Assembly: GCA_028819305.1 (NCBI GenBank)
Contig: JAPPLY010000069.1
Location: forward strand, 1,628-65,627
Direction: 5' to 3'
Origin: Bdellovibrionales bacterium
GTDB taxonomy: Bacteria; Bdellovibrionota; Bdellovibrionia; Bdellovibrionales; UBA1609
Length of the DNA: 64,000 nucleotides
Shown here: piece by piece, positions 8,813 through 17,676 of the stretch
Layout of the letters: the number at the start of each line of letters is the position of its first letter
Numbering within the stretch: the stretch's first letter is position 1
The notes under the pieces: model-generated
What the model was told of the DNA's origin: nothing
What the model saw: the letters and a program-made list of their open reading frames with translations, nothing else
The model's database searches: none
Made by a program: the position numbers and the translations under genes

Positions 8813-9128
8813 AGAATCTTTCAATCTTTTGGCACATCTGCTTGTAATAGGGAAAAATTCTAACTTATTGATTTCTATGACATTTGAGTTAATTGTAAAT
8901 TTTATATGGTGCGCCCGGAGCAATTTGGAACTATCGAAATAAGTAACAACAAATGACTATAGCTTAAAAGTAGCGTGTGCTTAATTTCCTGAAAGTATCA
9001 TCCATCTTCCATCAAAGTTTCCTTGCACTATTCAATGTATGAGGGAAGATAGTGTGGGGAGATGTGTTTATTGACTTTCATTCTATTATATAGTATATTC
9101 TTTCTATTAAATAGAATAAAAAGGTCTT

Positions 9129-9467
9129 ATGATAGAAACTTTGTTAGGTAACCGGGTGGCTGAAAAATGTCTTTTGTTTATCGCCAACTATAGAGAAGGC
9201 TATATTAATGGTATTGCAAGAACATTTAACATATCACCTAGTCAGGTTAAAAAACAATTAGAGCGGCTAGAAACGGGAGGAGTTTTAGTAAGCCGGAGAG
9301 CTGGAAATGTGAAAATGTTCATGTTCAACCCCCGTGCGGTTTATAAAAGGGAGTTACAAATCCTTTTAGAGAAAGTTTTGATGAATTTGCCGAAGCCTGA
9401 GTTACAAGAGTATTATAGAAAAAGACGCCGTCCGCGGAGGACAGGAAAAAGAATTGAAAAAGATTAG
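9129..9467 (+). CDS. winged-helix transcriptional regulator, antitoxin-like partner of the downstream nucleotidyltransferase
   Basis: 112 aa. GIARTFNISPSQVKKQLERLETGGVLVSRRAGN resembles an HTH plus wing, with a basic tail. Its stop overlaps the start of the next ORF. Confidence 0.6.
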   Translation: MIETLLGNRVAEKCLLFIANYREGYINGIARTFNISPSQVKKQLERLETGGVLVSRRAGNVKMFMFNPRAVYKRELQILLEKVLMNLPKPELQEYYRKRRRPRRTGKRIEKD

Positions 9468-10011
9468 TGAAAAAACCTCTCTGGAAGACATGATTGGTAT
9501 CATTGTATCGCACCTGGGAAATAGAGGCATTTCTGTTGTTCTTGTTGGGGGAGCAGCCGTCTCTATTTATACGGATAACAAGTATATGTCAAAAGACATT
9601 GATTTCATTTCATCTGAGGATCATAAAAAAATTGCATCTGCTATGGCTGAATTGGGTTTTAAATCTAAGGGCAAAGATTTTTACCACCCTCATACTAGAT
9701 TTACAGTTGAGTTTCCATCTGGTCCGCTTGGCATTGGAAATCAGGTTCCCATTAAGCCAGAAGGACAAATTAAAATAAATGGAATTACTGTAAAAATGTT
9801 CTCGCCGACATAATCTATTATGGATAGGTTAGCTTGGTTTTACTATTCAAATGATAGACAGTGTCTAGATCAGGCTGTAATGATTTACCTAGATCATTTG
9901 CGGTCGGTGAACTTAAAGAAAATTAGAAAGTGGTCTAAAGTTGAAGGACATATAGAAAAATTTGATATTTTTATAAGGCATATAACAGACTTTCCAAAGA
10001 TAAGTGTATAG
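9454..10011 (+). pseudogene. minimal nucleotidyltransferase (pol-beta fold) interrupted by an in-frame TAA at 9811-9813
   Basis: VLVGGAAVSIYTDNKYMSKDIDF matches GG-x14-DxD. ORFs 9454..9813 and 9820..10011 are in the same frame (both 1 mod 3), reading ...KMFSPT*SIMDRLAWFYYSNDRQCLDQAV... Confidence 0.6.
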
Positions 10012-10067
10012 AAGAAGATTAAGTTAAATAAAAAAATCACTAAACTTTATCCATTGAGATACATACT

Positions 10068-10100
10068 TTATCTGAAGAGCAGATAAGCTCTGTTTCTTAA
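10068..10100 (+). terminator. candidate intrinsic terminator
   Basis: TTATCTG-AAGAG-CAGATAA stem-loop followed by the T-rich GCTCTGTTTCTT. Confidence 0.35.
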
Positions 10101-10210
10101 CATAATTTTAAAAATGTGTGGCACCAGAGAGTCATAAGTTATTGATATTGTTAATTTATTGCATCGTATTGTACTGAAGTCGGAAACTCTATAGTAATGC
10201 ACAATCATGT

Positions 10211-11506
10211 TCATAAAAATAGTTGATTGCGCCAAAGGGTGGCTGAACGGGCGGGGCCGACGGAAACCATATCCACCGGTACACCCGATTCTTGTTGGAT
10301 AAAGGTGATATAGTGTTGAGCCGCTTTTGGTAAATCTTTAAATTTTTTAATGGAGGAAATATCTTCTTGCCAGCCAGGTAAAATTTTATAAACGGGTTTA
10401 TACGAAGTTAACTCAGAGGAGTGTATAGGGTAGTTAGGGACTACCTTTCCGTTTAGTTGATAGGCTACACAGATAGGGATTTCTTTCATGTCAGAAAGCA
10501 CATCCAGTTTCATTAAGGCTAAATGAGTAATGCCACTGACGCGAACAGCGTACTTAAGCGCGGGCAGGTCCAGCCAACCACACCTTCTCTTTCGACCGGT
10601 GGTAGCCCCCCATTCTTCCCCTTTTTTTTGTAAAAAAATACCTTGCTTATCCTGGCATTCTGTAGGGAAAGGCCCTCCTCCTACTCTGGTGGTATAAGCT
10701 TTAGTAATGGCGATCACTTTTTTAATAAAGCCTGGTCCAATACCTGATCCCACTAAGGCGGCTCCTGCTACTGTATTGGAGCTGGTAACATAAGGGTAAG
10801 TGCCATGTAAAATATCCAGAAGGCTGCCCTGGGCCCCTTCAAAAAGGACTTTTTTGTTTTCTGTTAAAGCTTTATGGATAATAAAGGAGGTATCCTGACA
10901 ACGGTAGGGTCTTAGCTCTTCTCTTAAAAAAAGAATCTGTTTTAAAGTGTTTTCTAAAGAAATGGCTTTTTCTTTATAAAATTTTTCAATTAGGAAATTT
11001 TTCTCACTTAAGGCACGCTCTAGTTTATGTTTTAATATTTTCTCATCTAAAAATAAATCTCTGAATAACAAAGCTTTGCGGGAGGCTCTATCTTCATAAG
11101 CCGGGCCAATTCCTTTTCCAGTGGTGCCTATTTTTTCAGCCCCTTTTTCGCGAGCCTGGTCCAATACTTTATGATAGTCTAATAACACCGTGGCCGAATC
11201 CGAAATAAGAAGCTTTGAAGAATCGCTTAAACCATCCCCGGATTCTTTAATAGCTTGTATTTCAGAAACTAAAGTTTCCATATCCAAAACAACACCGGCA
11301 CTAATCACACAGATCGTGTTGGAATGGAAAACTCCAGAAGGAATAAGATGCAGGACTTTTTTTTGTCCGGCAATATTTAATGTATGACCGGCATTTGATC
11401 CCCCCTGGTAACGAATCACATAATCCGCTGTAGAGGAAAAAACATCAACCGCTTTTCCTTTTCCTTCGTCTCCCCATTGGGAACCTATTACAATAACACC
11501 TGACAC
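10211..11506 (-). CDS. purA: adenylosuccinate synthetase
   Basis: 431 aa, GTG start. GSQWGDEGKGK P-loop, TTGKGIGPAYEDR, GATTGRKRRCGWLD. Confidence 0.95.
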   Translation of the reverse strand: MSGVIVIGSQWGDEGKGKAVDVFSSTADYVIRYQGGSNAGHTLNIAGQKKVLHLIPSGVFHSNTICVISAGVVLDMETLVSEIQAIKESGDGLSDSSKLLISDSATVLLDYHKVLDQAREKGAEKIGTTGKGIGPAYEDRASRKALLFRDLFLDEKILKHKLERALSEKNFLIEKFYKEKAISLENTLKQILFLREELRPYRCQDTSFIIHKALTENKKVLFEGAQGSLLDILHGTYPYVTSSNTVAGAALVGSGIGPGFIKKVIAITKAYTTRVGGGPFPTECQDKQGIFLQKKGEEWGATTGRKRRCGWLDLPALKYAVRVSGITHLALMKLDVLSDMKEIPICVAYQLNGKVVPNYPIHSSELTSYKPVYKILPGWQEDISSIKKFKDLPKAAQHYITFIQQESGVPVDMVSVGPARSATLWRNQLFL

Positions 11507-11733
11507 AAAGAGAAATTAAGACACGAGGGACCTGATTTTGGCAAGTTCTATTTGCAAGATAAATACCTAAGTTGAGAGAAAACACTTACAAATAAGGGTA
11601 AATAAGACAAAGTGCTGGAGACCTAAGTCTATAAATATCCTTTTTTTTAAAAACATGTTATTTTACCTAATGTAGTTTATGTTTTCTACCGACCTTAAAT
11701 AAGGCTGTTCATATCTCATGGGAGGAGAATATC

Positions 11734-12345
11734 ATGATGAAGCAAACCGTTTTTTCTATTTTGTTTTTATCTTTTTTATGTGCTTGTGAACCTTTAAATA
11801 TAGATGATGGTGGTGATACAAGACCAGATGATCGCTCAGGAGATTTGGAAGAGGAATTACCTAAAGATGTATTTGAAGGTCTATCTTGGCAGGAAATATT
11901 GAAGAATTGTAAACCAGAGGTGGATGTGCCAAGTAATGTCCTTGATCTGGCTCTTGATACCATTAACTTGTCTCAATATTATTTGCCTGGACAGATAAGA
12001 AAGTGTTTGGAGAAGAAATTGGAAGATGCTCATAATAAAATTTGTGCAGCCCGAGTAAAACTGGAAAGAAAAAGGGATAATGCGCGTGATGGAGCCACCC
12101 GAGCTAGAGTGGAAAATAGCTTGGTTAAATTAGATACGATGCAATTTAAATTTAATCAAAGACTGTATAATATGGCTTTAAATTTAGATGATCATTTACA
12201 GAGGTGGGATAGAAATGGAAAAGCGAAAACAGTCGTAGGTCGAACTTGGGATTTTTTTAAGGAAGAAGAAACCGAGGCTCTTCGTGATATTTTGGATATA
12301 GAGTCCTACAGTGAATGTAATACATATAGTAGGGATGATGAATAA
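11734..12345 (+). CDS. hypothetical lipoprotein
   Basis: 203 aa. Strong SD GGGAGGAG. Signal peptide ending FLCAC (lipobox-like). Confidence 0.6.
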   Translation: MMKQTVFSILFLSFLCACEPLNIDDGGDTRPDDRSGDLEEELPKDVFEGLSWQEILKNCKPEVDVPSNVLDLALDTINLSQYYLPGQIRKCLEKKLEDAHNKICAARVKLERKRDNARDGATRARVENSLVKLDTMQFKFNQRLYNMALNLDDHLQRWDRNGKAKTVVGRTWDFFKEEETEALRDILDIESYSECNTYSRDDE

Positions 12346-12427
12346 TTGAAAAAGGCCTCACATATATTTGATTCGGTATAAAATTGCAGCCTTTTCAGGA
12401 GAGAATAAGAGGTAAAACGTTCGTAAC

Positions 12428-12544
12428 TATACTTGACTGATCTTATTACTCCCTGCAGGGAAAAGATTTTGTGGTTTCTTTCAGGCTTCTTCTCCTTCGC
12501 TAGCTAAGCTTTTAAACCTGAAACTTTCAAACACGATCGGTATA
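12428..12544. mobile_element. T1 MITE-like element
   Basis: Left end TATACTTGACTGATCTTATTACTCCC. Core GCTTTTAAACCTGAAACTTTCAAACACGATCGGTATA matches 56180-56221. A T3 terminal fragment TTCAGGAGAGAATAAGAG lies just upstream at about 12389-12420. Confidence 0.75.
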
Positions 12545-12594
12545 GGTGGGAAACATATTGACTTCCTATTTGTTCCTATTTCATAATCCTCGTT

Positions 12595-14055
12595 ATGAGG
12601 AAATGGGTTTTTATTATCCTCCCAGTTGTTTTTATCGCTTTATTTTTAGCCATTAATAATCTGATACTTTCTTCTGAGTATTCCTATATGAATACGCGTC
12701 GTGACCAACCCTATAAATTGGAAAGTAAGTTTCCATTTCCCATCCCGTCTTTGCGTAAGGATAAAGCGGATGAAGACAAGGGTATGGTTACAAAAAGCGA
12801 TGCACTGCTATTTACCTCAAAGAAAAACATAGTTATCAAAGAGGAGCCTGGTAGTATTAGGCAGCTAGGACAGGATGTAATACCTACTTCTTCCTACAAG
12901 GAATCCTCTAGGGCTTTTCTACAGACCGAAGCGGCTGCTTTCCATCCCTCTTCTCAGGATGGGGATCTTGGTCTTTCTTTTATTATGGAAACACCCCCTT
13001 CTGTCTTTTTTTCCCTAGAGTTTATTAATGAGCAGATTTTAGAACAGGATACCTTGTTTAAAAATATACCTGTTGGTGGTTTATCCGCTTTGACTTACCA
13101 TCCGGAAAAAAAACATTTTTTGGCTTTATCAGATGCTAAAGGAAATAGAAGAGGACCACCTCGTTTTTATAAATTAAAGTTAAATAAGAAAGAGGAGGGA
13201 AAAAAATACGAACTTGAGTTAATAGATCAGGTTCTTTTACAAAATAAAATCGGCAAGCCCTTTAAACCTATTGACCCAGAAGGGATTTCTTTTTTTAAGT
13301 CAGACTATATATTTATCAGCTCTGAAGGGGTCCAACTTCCTTATTTAATGGAGCCTCCTGGTGTTTTTGTATTTGACTCACAGGGAAAATGGAGTTCCTC
13401 CTGGCCCCTTCCAGATATATATTGGACAGATGATCCTTCTCGAAGGGACATTTGGGGGGTAAAAGAAAATAAGGCTTTTGAAGCTTTGACAATAAACCAT
13501 GAGCAAAATCAACTTTGGTTGGCTACAGAGTCTTCTCTTCACCAAGATGATTTAATAGAGGTAGATGCTTCAGATAAACAATATATTCGTATTAGCCGTT
13601 TTGATGTTGAAATGGCTCAAATGACAGGCCAATTTATTTATGAAATGGATTCTTATATTGAAATAAATAATTTCACAGGCCATAATGGCTTGACGGATTT
13701 TTTCTCTGTAGGGGATGCAAAATTCTTAGTGGTGGAAAGGACCTATTTAAAAAATAATTCTATTTCTGGGGATAGAAAAACAGATAACAACCTGGTTCGC
13801 TTGTTTTTAACTGATTGTTCGAGGGCTAGTGACATATCACACTATAAAAAACTTAATAAAGGACGTATTGTTACCTGTGGAAAAAAACTAGTTGCGGATT
13901 TGTCTGCCGCCTTGGGAGATGTCGTAGATAATATTGAAGGTATTACAATAGGACCGGAAGTTTCTAAAGGGCAATATTTGCTAGTACTGGTTAGTGATAA
14001 TAATTTCAGTCGTAAACAGAAGACACAATTTTTATTTTTTCACTATTCATTATGA
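12595..14055 (+). CDS. secreted esterase-like/phytase-like family protein (putative)
   Basis: 486 aa. N-terminal TM/signal. IDPEGISF and C-terminal VLVSDNNFS...TQFLFF resemble the esterase-like activity of phytase family as I remember it. Confidence 0.45.
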   Translation: MRKWVFIILPVVFIALFLAINNLILSSEYSYMNTRRDQPYKLESKFPFPIPSLRKDKADEDKGMVTKSDALLFTSKKNIVIKEEPGSIRQLGQDVIPTSSYKESSRAFLQTEAAAFHPSSQDGDLGLSFIMETPPSVFFSLEFINEQILEQDTLFKNIPVGGLSALTYHPEKKHFLALSDAKGNRRGPPRFYKLKLNKKEEGKKYELELIDQVLLQNKIGKPFKPIDPEGISFFKSDYIFISSEGVQLPYLMEPPGVFVFDSQGKWSSSWPLPDIYWTDDPSRRDIWGVKENKAFEALTINHEQNQLWLATESSLHQDDLIEVDASDKQYIRISRFDVEMAQMTGQFIYEMDSYIEINNFTGHNGLTDFFSVGDAKFLVVERTYLKNNSISGDRKTDNNLVRLFLTDCSRASDISHYKKLNKGRIVTCGKKLVADLSAALGDVVDNIEGITIGPEVSKGQYLLVLVSDNNFSRKQKTQFLFFHYSL

Positions 14056-14139
14056 TATGTTTTGTTGTATTTGTACTCCGTTGGTTTGAATTTTTATGTT
14101 GTTTTTTATGATGGTAGTGGTCTTTTCAGGAAAAAATCA

Positions 14140-15039
14140 ATGAAACCTTATCTTTTTGTTCCGGGAAAGTACAAAAAACCTTCTTTAGTATCTCCAGAAG
14201 GTAGGATGACTTACTTTCATAAATCGCATAAAATCAAAGATCCTACGTGTCTTCCTTCTCGTGCTATTTTATGTTTTTGGGATGGCTTGGCTCGGTCTCT
14301 TAAAAAAAGAAAGGACTTTCAAAAAAGTCTTTCTGTTCACGAAACGGGTGGTTTGCATGTTGATTTATACCGAACAGGTCAAGAAAACGCGCCCTCCAAA
14401 CTCCGTTCGTCCTCGGGAAGAAGTTTACAGAAACGACAAAACTCAAACCCGATCAGTATATATAAACCGCAGAGTGCGGCACAGTCTGCATCTGTTGCTG
14501 TAGTGAGCCGTTTTGGGATAGGCGCTCCGGCAGGAGTGGTGTGTTTAGAGAACTTGCGCGCTTATGGAGTAAAGGAGTTTATAAGTGTGGGTCTCGTGGG
14601 CTCTCTAAATTCAAATTTAAAATTAGGTTCCAAAGTGCTAATCAAAAAATCTTTTAGAGGGGAAGGATGTTCTTATCACTATAGAGCCCCCTTTCCTTAT
14701 GTTGAAATGTCAGAGAGTGAAGAGAGGGGTATGTATTTAAAATTGATTAAAGAATTAAAATTAAAACCAGTCGTTAGTTGGACTACAGACGCGCCTTTTA
14801 GAGAAACAAAAGAAGAGGTGCTGTATTTTCAATCTAAAGGCGTAGAGTGTGTGGAAATGGAAGCTTCCGCTTTGATGGCTGTAGGGGAATATTACGGTGT
14901 GTCTGTCTTTTGTCTAGGTGTCGTATCGGATCACCTTTCTCCTGAAGCTTGGACTCCAGGGTTTTTTGATCCTTCTGTTAAAAAGAGTTTGTCTGAACTC
15001 CTTAATAAGATATTGTTTTTATATACTGATTTTGTTTGA
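14140..15039 (+). CDS. nucleoside phosphorylase-family protein (PNP/UDP_1 superfamily) carrying an in-frame T1 insertion
   Basis: RFGIGAPAGVVCLENLRAYGVKEFISVGLVGSL, WTTDAPFRET and VECVEMEASAL fit the phosphorylase superfamily. Start moved to ATG 14140 (MKPYLF). The last 6 codons plus stop lie in a T1 terminus. Confidence 0.55.
   Translation: MKPYLFVPGKYKKPSLVSPEGRMTYFHKSHKIKDPTCLPSRAILCFWDGLARSLKKRKDFQKSLSVHETGGLHVDLYRTGQENAPSKLRSSSGRSLQKRQNSNPISIYKPQSAAQSASVAVVSRFGIGAPAGVVCLENLRAYGVKEFISVGLVGSLNSNLKLGSKVLIKKSFRGEGCSYHYRAPFPYVEMSESEERGMYLKLIKELKLKPVVSWTTDAPFRETKEEVLYFQSKGVECVEMEASALMAVGEYYGVSVFCLGVVSDHLSPEAWTPGFFDPSVKKSLSELLNKILFLYTDFV
14366..14462 (+). mobile_element. T1 MITE-like element inserted in frame within CDS 14140..15039
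   Basis: TATACCGAACAGGTCAAGAAAACGCGC...GACAAAACTCAAACCCGATCAGTATATA. The left 27 nt align with 61836-61862 (TATACCGATCGGGTTTGAAAATCGCGC). Encodes YRTGQENAPSKLRSSSGRSLQKRQNSNPISIY. Confidence 0.7.
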
Positions 15040-15212
15040 ATTTTCCCGATGGCTTGTAGGCGGGAAGGAAGTTGTTGCCTTCTCGCCCCGCGGAAACGGA
15101 AAGCCACTTTGTTGCCTTCTTCTCCCGCGAAGCTTGTCCTCGCGAAAGTATTGTCATTCTCGCGAAAGCGGGAATCTCTTTCTGACAGGAATTTTTAAAC
15201 ACAATTAGTGTA
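15022..15212. mobile_element. composite T1 element with hairpin modules
   Basis: Starts TATACTGATTTTGTTTGAATTTTCCC. Contains GGAAAGCCACTTTGTTGCC, CGCGAAGCTTGTCCTCGCGAAAG and TCTCGCGAAAGCGGGAATC. Ends ATTTTTAAACACAATTAGTGTA. Confidence 0.7.
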
Positions 15213-15254
15213 ATGGTTTAAATCTTTTTTAAGAGAAAGTAAAAGGTGTGATGT

Positions 15255-16610
15255 ATGTCTCAATATGATTTTGATTTGCTCACAATTGGGGGTGGTTCAG
15301 GAGGAGTGCGGGCCAGTCGCTGGGCAGCGGGCTTGGGGGTTAAAGTAGCTATATGTGAAGAGAGTCGTTATGGTGGCACTTGTGTTATGCGAGGCTGTAT
15401 TCCAAAAAAATTGATGTTGGTGGGATCAGAATTACCCGGTCATATAAAGTATTTTTCTGCTTATGGTTGGTCTGTTGGATCTTCAAATCTGGACTGGTCC
15501 GCTCAAAAAGCAGCTAGAGATAAAGAGCTTAGTCGCTTGGAAGGGATTTATGAAAATCTTTTATCTAAAAAGGGAGTAACTGTTTTAAAAGGTCATGGAA
15601 AGATTATTTCTCCTCATATAGTGAAAGTGGAAGATAAAACATATACAGCTCGTTTTATCTTGATTGCTGTAGGAGGGTACCCTTACATGCCGGATATCCC
15701 TGGTATTGAATATGCGATCACTTCTGATGATGTATTTGAGCTACCTGAACAGCCTCGTTCCATTTTAATTATGGGAAGTGGCTATATAGGAGTGGAGTTT
15801 GCTAGTATTTTTAATGGTTTTGGTTCAAAAGTCAGTCTTGTTTTCAGAAGAGATAAACCTTTGAGGGGATTTGATGAGGAAGTAAGAGCTTTTTTACTGG
15901 AGGAAATGGTAAAAGAGGGGATTGAAGTGATACCGAATAATACTGTGGAGAAAATTATTAAAAAAGGGAATCTTTTGGAGATTCATCTAAATAGGGGTGC
16001 GATAAAGACAGTAGAACAGGTCTTATTTGCCACAGGCAGGAAGCCAAAAATAGATAACTTAGGGCTTGAGTCATTGGGAATTAAAACAAACTCTCAAGGA
16101 GAACTGGAAGTAAATGAATATTTTGAAACTTCCGTCAAAGGTATTTATGCTTTAGGGGATTGTGCCAACACCCCCTACCAACTAACTCCAGTAGCAACAG
16201 CGGAGGCTATGTTGCTGGCGGAACATTTATTTTCCAGATCGAAGAAGAAAATAGATTATAATTTTATTCCCACGGCTGTTTTTAGCCGTCCTCCTGTAGC
16301 CACGGTGGGTTTAACAGAAGAGCAGGCGGTGGATAAAGGTTATTCTGTTTCCATTTATACTTCCCGTTTTCGTCCTCTTAAATATACAGTTACTACAATT
16401 GATAAAAAAACTTTTATGAAAATAATTGTAGATAAAAAAACGGATAAAGTGTTGGGGGTACATATTGTAGGGGAGGATGCACCGGAAATGATGCAGGGTA
16501 TAGCCGTGGCTTTAAAAGTAGGAGCTAAAAAACACGATTTTGATAAAACAATCGGTATTCACCCCACCAGTGCGGAGGAGTTTGTCACTATGAGAACTCC
16601 AAAAAACTGA
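15255..16610 (+). CDS. gor: glutathione-disulfide reductase
   Basis: 451 aa. GGGSGG, redox site GGTCVMRGCIPKK, C-terminal IGIHPTSAEEFVTMR as in Gor. Confidence 0.88.
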   Translation: MSQYDFDLLTIGGGSGGVRASRWAAGLGVKVAICEESRYGGTCVMRGCIPKKLMLVGSELPGHIKYFSAYGWSVGSSNLDWSAQKAARDKELSRLEGIYENLLSKKGVTVLKGHGKIISPHIVKVEDKTYTARFILIAVGGYPYMPDIPGIEYAITSDDVFELPEQPRSILIMGSGYIGVEFASIFNGFGSKVSLVFRRDKPLRGFDEEVRAFLLEEMVKEGIEVIPNNTVEKIIKKGNLLEIHLNRGAIKTVEQVLFATGRKPKIDNLGLESLGIKTNSQGELEVNEYFETSVKGIYALGDCANTPYQLTPVATAEAMLLAEHLFSRSKKKIDYNFIPTAVFSRPPVATVGLTEEQAVDKGYSVSIYTSRFRPLKYTVTTIDKKTFMKIIVDKKTDKVLGVHIVGEDAPEMMQGIAVALKVGAKKHDFDKTIGIHPTSAEEFVTMRTPKN

Positions 16611-16670
16611 TAAATTTGCTATAATGGTTATCTATGCTATTATAAATAATAAAAAAAAATATGGGTAAGA

Positions 16671-17537
16671 ATGAAAATCATCTTTATAAATTGGTTCATT
16701 TTTATTTATAGCAGTTTGTTTGTTTTAGTTCCTTATGCTTATAGTTCTTGTAAAGTCTTAACTGAAGACAACTGTCCTATATTAGAAAATTTTCAGGTTT
16801 TTAATAAAAATACTCAAGTGCATTTTAACCATCTGTGTTCGGAGTTGGCTTATGATACTGAATTTGCAAAACAGTCTTTTGTTTTTTTTGAAAAGTCAGG
16901 CACCTCTCCGGCAAAAGCCTTAGTGTTAGCTCATCTCAGAGTAGGCTGGTTAGGTATTAACAAACTACGAGGTATAGCTGTTGATTTTATGGAAATAAAA
17001 GTGGAATCTTTGTGGCCTCAAGCTTCTATTTCTTTAGCACTGGAAGTAAAAGATACACAAACCGGGCATATTATGCGGGGGGAGTTTGTAAGTCATTATT
17101 TGAAAGGCCCCCATTCCCAAGTCAACTATCAACTAGATGAGCATGGAAACATGAATTGGCATGATTTTACAGAGCTTGGAGAAGAAACAACAACAGAGCT
17201 GCGCAATCACCCTGTCCCTGCTCCTTCTATTATTATAGGTGAATGGATTCACTTAAGTTGGTTTAATCTAGTAGTTAAATACGAGTTATCACTTATTATA
17301 AAAAATGATAATACAGCAAAAGAAATAAAGTTGGCTGGCCCTCCTATTAAAAATATGGATTTTTTTTTAGATATTGAAAAACCGAAAGTAGAGACTCTAG
17401 GTTTTTTTGACACTCTTAACCCTTTTCAAAAAGGGAGTTTTTGGGACCAGTTATATTATGGTTTTAAATACGATAAGTGTATTGATGCCAGGAAGAAGGC
17501 CAGAATAGAATTTATCAAAACTTTTAATCGAATGTAG
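16671..17537 (+). CDS. hypothetical secreted protein
   Basis: 288 aa. Hydrophobic N-terminus, no motif recognised. Confidence 0.5.
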   Translation: MKIIFINWFIFIYSSLFVLVPYAYSSCKVLTEDNCPILENFQVFNKNTQVHFNHLCSELAYDTEFAKQSFVFFEKSGTSPAKALVLAHLRVGWLGINKLRGIAVDFMEIKVESLWPQASISLALEVKDTQTGHIMRGEFVSHYLKGPHSQVNYQLDEHGNMNWHDFTELGEETTTELRNHPVPAPSIIIGEWIHLSWFNLVVKYELSLIIKNDNTAKEIKLAGPPIKNMDFFLDIEKPKVETLGFFDTLNPFQKGSFWDQLYYGFKYDKCIDARKKARIEFIKTFNRM

Positions 17538-17542
17538 CAGTT

Positions 17543-17600
17543 TGTACTGATTTTTTTTGATCCCCGCAAAAGCGCGGAACGAGGATTCCTGATCGGTTTG
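17543..17600. repeat. mini T1 element
   Basis: TGTACTGATTTTTTTTGATCCCCGCAAAAGCGCGGAACGAGGATTCCTGATCGGT. Confidence 0.6.
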
Positions 17601-17676
17601 GTAGTCTCCTGAAGAGGGGGGCTTAAGCGATTCTGTGTGAGAATACTTGGAATAGGGGAATGTATATACAAAAGTA

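Noticed and set aside
9494-9778. A 94-aa ORF in another frame of the nucleotidyltransferase gene.
   Set aside because: The frame carrying the GG-x14-DxD motif is the supported one.
14918-15208. ORFs 14918..15208 (+) and 15002..15202 (-).
   Set aside because: Both are read through the composite T1 element. The plus-strand ORF also overlaps the real phosphorylase-family frame.
17456-17671. A 71-aa minus-strand ORF.
   Set aside because: It is antisense to the end of CDS 16671..17537 and spans the mini T1 repeat.
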